Part shown: positions 59,533 through 64,000 of the stretch, one piece after another | Layout of the letters: every line of letters begins with the position of its first letter | Position numbering within the stretch: position 1 is the first letter of the stretch | NCBI GenBank assembly: GCA_041650915.1 | Contig: JBAZKE010000001.1 | Location: forward strand, 547,097-611,096 | Direction: 5' to 3' | DNA from: Patescibacteria group bacterium | GTDB lineage: Bacteria; Patescibacteriota; Patescibacteriia; UBA10025; JAHIVO01 | Length of the DNA: 64,000 nt | The notes under the pieces: model-generated | Seen by the model: the letters and a program-made list of their open reading frames with translations, nothing else | What the model was told of the DNA's origin: nothing | Databases searched by the model: none | Made by a program: the position numbers and the translations under genes

Positions 59533-61329
59533 ACTCAGCGTCTTACAAAAAAACAAATTTTTATCGTCGGGGCATTGCTCGGGATGATGTTTGTGTTTGA
59601 ATTAACATCATCATTAACAGAATCTCAAACCGTTGATGAGGGCACTCACCTTGCAGCGGGATATAGTTATTTAATAAAACGTGATTTCCGCATGAATGTG
59701 GAACATCCACCGCTTCTCAAAGAACTTTCGGCCATACCGCTTGTAGTTGCCGATGGTTTGATTGATTCTCCATTCGATAAAAAAGGCTGGGCTGCAGATG
59801 ATCAGTGGCAATTTGCGAGAGATCTTCTTTACGATGGAGGAATGCATGCCGATACCATTTTACTGCTTGCGAGGCTCCCTATGATGCTCGTGAGCATTAT
59901 TCTCGGCCTGTTTATTTTTCTGTGGTCTCGTGAACTTTTTGGCACTACAGCGGGTTTCTTTTCTCTTTTTCTGTATTCGCTATCACCGAATTTTATTGCA
60001 CACTCAAGGTATGTTACCACTGATGTTGGCTTATCGCTATTCTTCTTTTTAACCTTATACTATTTTCATAAATATCTCAAGCGTGGCAATCGGAAAAACA
60101 TGGTTCTCACAGCTGTTTTTCTTGGCTGTGCGCTTGTTAGCAAATTTTCAGCGGTCATCCTTGTGCCTATCCTGATGCTGCTGCAAATCTTCTATCTTCT
60201 GAAGTCAAAAAACCGCATTACTGCAGTAAGTATAAAAAAATTTATCACAAATGGACTGATAGTCTTCGCGATTATTGGACTTGTCATCATGAGTGCCTAC
60301 CTTTTTGAATTTAAAATTCCGATCGATGATCCGGATGTCCAGTACCAATTCGCACGCAGAGATTCGCTGCTCGCCACTAGCGATTTAAGCAATGAAAATA
60401 TACTTTCTCAAAAAATTATACCACTCGCCGATCCAACCAAACCATTCGGTTCGTTTATCGAATGGTTTGCTCATAACGTTCCCGTTCCGGCATATTCTTA
60501 TTTTAAAGGTTTGTGGAGCGTTTATACGCACAACCTTTACGGGCATACGTCCTACTTGCTTGGACAACACTCAGAATTTGGATGGTGGTACTATTTCCCA
60601 GTGGCTTTTTTAATCAAAACCCCAATTTCTACACAAATTTTTTTACTTTTACTGCTTGTGTTCGGCATATCATACTTTTTCCGGAAAAATAGTGCTGGCA
60701 CGCCTTTTTATCAAAAATTACGCTCAATTTCAATGCAATGGTATATATTGATACTCCCGCCAGTCATTTATTTTCTCTTCAGCATGAACTCACATCTTAA
60801 TCTTGGAGTACGGCATATTTTTCCAATCTATCCGTTTGTTTTTGTCCTTTGCGGATTTTTACTTACTGTTAAAATGAAAAAGCTGCACAAGCCCTATCGC
60901 ATGAGTATCGTGCTGCTTACGCTCTTTTACGCATTTTCATCCGTGGCAACCTACCCAAACTACTTGGCATATTTTAATGAAGCGATCGGGGGTCCAAAAA
61001 ATGGATCGGATTTTCTAGTTGATTCTAACATTGATTGGGGCCAAAGTGCAAAACAACTCAAGCAATACATGCTTGACCGAAATATCGAATACGTTTGCAT
61101 AAGCTATTTTGGGCAGGCAAATCTTAGCTACTACGGCATTGACTACCGCTATTTGCCTGATACTGAAAATTATCAGGGTACCAGCAAATTAAATTGTGTT
61201 GTTGCTATTAGCGTGACCAGTCTCCTGTCAAAAGACCATAAATACTCATGGCTTCAATCATTCAAGCCGGATGATATGGTCGGCTACTCAATTTTTATTT
61301 ACGATTTCTCAGAAAAACTTTCATTATAA
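59365..61329 (+). CDS. GT-C-fold membrane glycosyltransferase (GT39/GT83, PMT/ArnT-like, lipid-carrier dependent).
   Basis: The first periplasmic loop after TM1 has DEGTHLAAGYSYL (DE motif), followed by about 11 TM helices and a C-terminal soluble domain. The true start is probably near 59513-59540, possibly a TTG. Confidence 0.55.
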   Translation: MEIKWIMIRLHLQIEECPDQEINEKCRNDGNERISIAETKSSGSPLYLKHLLIKLHTQRLTKKQIFIVGALLGMMFVFELTSSLTESQTVDEGTHLAAGYSYLIKRDFRMNVEHPPLLKELSAIPLVVADGLIDSPFDKKGWAADDQWQFARDLLYDGGMHADTILLLARLPMMLVSIILGLFIFLWSRELFGTTAGFFSLFLYSLSPNFIAHSRYVTTDVGLSLFFFLTLYYFHKYLKRGNRKNMVLTAVFLGCALVSKFSAVILVPILMLLQIFYLLKSKNRITAVSIKKFITNGLIVFAIIGLVIMSAYLFEFKIPIDDPDVQYQFARRDSLLATSDLSNENILSQKIIPLADPTKPFGSFIEWFAHNVPVPAYSYFKGLWSVYTHNLYGHTSYLLGQHSEFGWWYYFPVAFLIKTPISTQIFLLLLLVFGISYFFRKNSAGTPFYQKLRSISMQWYILILPPVIYFLFSMNSHLNLGVRHIFPIYPFVFVLCGFLLTVKMKKLHKPYRMSIVLLTLFYAFSSVATYPNYLAYFNEAIGGPKNGSDFLVDSNIDWGQSAKQLKQYMLDRNIEYVCISYFGQANLSYYGIDYRYLPDTENYQGTSKLNCVVAISVTSLLSKDHKYSWLQSFKPDDMVGYSIFIYDFSEKLSL

Positions 61330-61331
61330 TT

Positions 61332-61360
61332 TTGACTAGAGCGCTAGAATGTGATATAAT
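61332..61360 (+). promoter_or_regulatory. Consensus sigma-70 promoter for pilB-pilC.
   Basis: TTGACT at 61332-61337, a 17-bp spacer, then TATAAT at 61355-61360. The pilB ATG is 22 nt downstream at 61383. Confidence 0.5.
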
Positions 61361-61382
61361 ATATCCACCTTAACGGAAAAAA

Positions 61383-63116
61383 ATGCTGCCAAATAAAGAA
61401 ATTCAATTGATTCTATCTCAGAGCGATATTATTGAAAAAGATCAGCTTAATGATGCTATTAAAAAAGTGAGCGAGGAAAATTCGGATTTTACCCAATATA
61501 TCATAGAAAAAAATCTCGTATCCGAAAATGTGCTCTTTGAAACGATAGCAAATTACTACAAACTGCCTTTCATCGACCTCAGGCGGAGTACGATCAGAAA
61601 AGATATTCTCATGACTATTCCTGAGACGATCGTTCAAACGTACCAAATTGCCGCCTATGATAAAAATGAAACCGACCTCCAAGTCGCAACCGTAGATCCC
61701 AAAAATCTCCAAATAATTGATTTTCTCAGAAAAAAAACAGGGTTAAAAATAAAAGTCGCCGTAACGACTTTTTCAAGCATAAAAGAAGTAATTTCCCAGT
61801 ACCATAAAGGCCTTTCGTCAGAATTTAAAAAAATTTCAAAAGGCGAAGTCGATACAGCGGACGGCTCTCAGCAAGCAGACCTAAAACAACTTGCACAGGA
61901 CCTCCCGATTGTACGCATAGTTGATACGCTGCTCGAATACGCCATTTTCGAGGGAGCCTCAGATATTCATATTGAACCGACTGAAAAAGATTTAGCGATA
62001 CGATACCGCATCGACGGCATTCTGCGCGAAGTCATGCGGCTGCCCAAAAAACTGCAACCCGGTGTTACTGCGAGAATTAAAATTTTATCGAATTTAAAAA
62101 TCGATGAGCATCGTCTTCCCCAGGATGGGCGTTTTAAAATTTCCACTTCAGAATATAAAATTTCATTTCGCGTATCAATAATTCCCGTGTTCGATGGCGA
62201 AAAAATCGTTTTGCGCCTGCTCAATGAATCCAGCAAAATTTTGACGCTTGAACAAATAGGTTTTCAGCTGAAAGCCCTTGAAATAGTAAACGCGAATACG
62301 AAAAAACCACAGGGAATGATATTGGTAACAGGCCCGACCGGCAGCGGAAAAACGACCACACTCTATACACTGATGAATATGGTCAATGACCCTGGCGTTA
62401 ACATCGCAACGATCGAGGATCCGATTGAGTACCGTATGCCGCGCGTTAACCAAAGCCAGGTCAACCCTCGGATCGGTTTTACGTTTGCCGGCGGACTTCG
62501 GGCACTCTTACGCCAGGATCCAAATATTATTATGGTTGGAGAGATACGCGATGGGGAAACTGCTGAAATTGCGACTCATGCTGCGATGACCGGCCACCTC
62601 GTGCTCTCAACACTCCATACGAATGATGCAGTTACGACTCTCCCCCGTCTTGAGGAGATGGGCGTCCCCCCGTTTTTAATTGGGTCAACGACCAATGTCG
62701 TTATTGCGCAGCGACTTGTCAGAAAAATATGCATGAACTGCATTCATAGTTTCACTCTTTCAAAGAAGGCGATTGATGAACTGAAAAAAAAGGTTAATAT
62801 TGATTCTATTATTAAAGTTCTCGAACAGCAGGGCATTATCCTTTCGTCGGAAACTCCTGTCGAATCGCTCCTTTTTTACGAAGGAAAGGGCTGCAAGCAG
62901 TGCAACGGCTCAGGATATAAAGGAAGAATGGGCATTTTTGAGGTGCTTGAGATTACAGATACTATTGCAAGGCTCATCACTGAAAAAGCGCCAGAGCAGA
63001 CAATATTAGCGGAAGCAAGAAAAAATGGAATGCTCACCATGATAGAAGACGGCTTTATTAAAGCAAAAAATGGTGCGACCTCCATTGCAGAAGTGCTTCG
63101 CGTAACCAAAGATTAA
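61383..63116 (+). CDS. pilB: Type IV pilus / type II secretion assembly ATPase (GspE/PilB family).
   Basis: VTGPTGSGKTTTLY Walker A, the GEIRD box and the tetracysteine CMNC...CKQCNGSG. A consensus promoter lies upstream. Confidence 0.85.
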   Translation: MLPNKEIQLILSQSDIIEKDQLNDAIKKVSEENSDFTQYIIEKNLVSENVLFETIANYYKLPFIDLRRSTIRKDILMTIPETIVQTYQIAAYDKNETDLQVATVDPKNLQIIDFLRKKTGLKIKVAVTTFSSIKEVISQYHKGLSSEFKKISKGEVDTADGSQQADLKQLAQDLPIVRIVDTLLEYAIFEGASDIHIEPTEKDLAIRYRIDGILREVMRLPKKLQPGVTARIKILSNLKIDEHRLPQDGRFKISTSEYKISFRVSIIPVFDGEKIVLRLLNESSKILTLEQIGFQLKALEIVNANTKKPQGMILVTGPTGSGKTTTLYTLMNMVNDPGVNIATIEDPIEYRMPRVNQSQVNPRIGFTFAGGLRALLRQDPNIIMVGEIRDGETAEIATHAAMTGHLVLSTLHTNDAVTTLPRLEEMGVPPFLIGSTTNVVIAQRLVRKICMNCIHSFTLSKKAIDELKKKVNIDSIIKVLEQQGIILSSETPVESLLFYEGKGCKQCNGSGYKGRMGIFEVLEITDTIARLITEKAPEQTILAEARKNGMLTMIEDGFIKAKNGATSIAEVLRVTKD

Positions 63117-63117
63117 T

Positions 63118-64000
63118 ATGCCTGAATTCAATTATACCGCCCGGACAATGGACGGGAAGCTCGAGAAGGGTAAGATGAACATGAAGGATGAAAAAACCCT
63201 CTCAGGATACCTGAAAGGGAAGAATTTAATTTTGACTTCAGCTTCACCCGTTAAGAAGGTTAGTAGATTTTCCTTGCAAGCAATTCTTAGTTCGATGTCT
63301 AGAATCCCAGTCGTGCAGAAAATTTTCTTTACGCAGAACCTTTCTATTATGGTAAAAACGGGTTTCCCGCTCGCGCACGCGATGAAAACACTGGCCAATC
63401 AAACAACAAACAAGCAATTTAAGGTGATCATCACTGAAATTCAGCACGACGTAGAGAGTGGCATTTCATTTTCAAATGCCCTCGCAAAGCACCCAAAAGT
63501 CTTTTCAGAGTTATTTATCAATATGATCGCCGCCGGAGAGGTCAGCGGTAAACTCGATGAAATACTTATATACCTCACCACACAGATGAAAAAGGATCAT
63601 GCACTGATCGCTAAAGTCCGTTCGGCCATGATGTATCCGTCTGTTGTCATCGTAGCCATGTTTGGCATCGGTATTATCATGATGGTCACCGTGATCCCAC
63701 AGTTGACTGGCATCTATGCTGAATCCGGAGCAGAGCTTCCTCTTCCCACAAAGCTGATTATCTGGCTGAGTGACTTTTTGATTCATTTTGGAATTTATGC
63801 CCTTGGGGGAGGTATTTTGGCATTTTACGGATTTATCCGGCTAAAAAAGACCCAGAAAGGAAAATACTACTTGCATTTCATTTTGCTCAAGCTGCCACTC
63901 ATATCAACGATTATTAAAAAAATCAATATAACACGTTTTACACGAACACTAAGTTCGCTTTTAAAGACTGACATCCCAATTGTTCAAACCCTGCAAATAA
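63118..64000 (+). CDS. pilC: Type IV pilus platform protein (GspF/PilC family), 5' part of the gene.
   Basis: Starts 1 nt after the pilB stop. Shows the first GspF repeat (VVQKIFFTQNLSIMVKTGFPLAHAM...) and runs off the window end. Confidence 0.75.
   Translation, partial: MPEFNYTARTMDGKLEKGKMNMKDEKTLSGYLKGKNLILTSASPVKKVSRFSLQAILSSMSRIPVVQKIFFTQNLSIMVKTGFPLAHAMKTLANQTTNKQFKVIITEIQHDVESGISFSNALAKHPKVFSELFINMIAAGEVSGKLDEILIYLTTQMKKDHALIAKVRSAMMYPSVVIVAMFGIGIIMMVTVIPQLTGIYAESGAELPLPTKLIIWLSDFLIHFGIYALGGGILAFYGFIRLKKTQKGKYYLHFILLKLPLISTIIKKINITRFTRTLSSLLKTDIPIVQTLQI

Noticed and set aside
1-64000. CRISPR arrays, tRNA/rRNA genes, transposases and integrases.
   Set aside because: No direct-repeat/spacer periodicity was seen. 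No intergenic region contains tRNA-like conserved loops. No ORF shows DDE, tyrosine- or serine-recombinase motifs.

Overview
This 64 kb window is gene-dense and low-GC. All genes from position 1 to about 59.5 kb lie on the minus strand; the last about 4.5 kb (a GT-C glycosyltransferase, pilB, pilC) is on the plus strand.

Most of the content is a conserved housekeeping backbone, read 3'->5' on the + strand:
- Translation and envelope genes: proS (partial), rseP, frr, holB.
- A roughly 12 kb cell-envelope glycan cluster (GT4, mreB, DUF4012-like, GT2, Wzy/WaaL-like, methyltransferase, GT2, GT2, GT4, Wzx).
- A ribosomal and transcription block (rpsI, rplM, rplQ, rpoA, rpsD, rpsK, rpsM, rpmJ, infA), then alaS and mnmA.
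- The translocon subunits secF and secD.
- A mixed stretch of transport, detoxification and membrane proteins.
- secA followed by the division/cell-wall block murB, murC, murG, ftsW, murD, mraY.

Several housekeeping genes are reduced or unusual:
- rpoA lacks the C-terminal domain.
- alaS lacks the C-Ala domain.
- rpsI carries a Lys-rich N-terminal extension.
- frr is followed directly by rseP, with uppS, cdsA and dxr absent.

These features and the strand bias are consistent with a reduced, possibly Patescibacteria/CPR-like genome. That is an inference only. TGA is used as an ordinary stop codon here (ftsW, murC, wzx), so the code is standard.

The most unusual region is a 6 kb block at 23989-30102 between mnmA and secF. 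It contains:
- a regulator that joins a sigma-70 region-4 helix to a HARE-HTH-like domain, with its own near-consensus promoter;
- a large membrane-anchored protein;
- a soluble TrwB/TraD/VirD4-type coupling-protein-like ATPase with no T4SS partners;
- a dual-specificity phosphatase gene interrupted by a single in-frame TGA exactly at the catalytic-loop glycine;
- a compact OLD-family (ABC ATPase + TOPRIM) nuclease.

I read this block as a candidate undescribed defense or DNA-handling module, or the remnant of one.

Other notable items:
- SecD carries an embedded parvulin-type PPIase domain.
- A secreted FG-GAP beta-propeller is fused to a YkuD L,D-transpeptidase domain.
- Two adjacent Cys-rich membrane-anchored proteins sit near GT-C glycosyltransferases.
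- rpmJ (37 aa) is below the ORF-track length cutoff but is clearly present.
- Several near-consensus sigma-70 promoters can be read directly.

I found no tRNA, rRNA, CRISPR array, transposase or integrase in the window.
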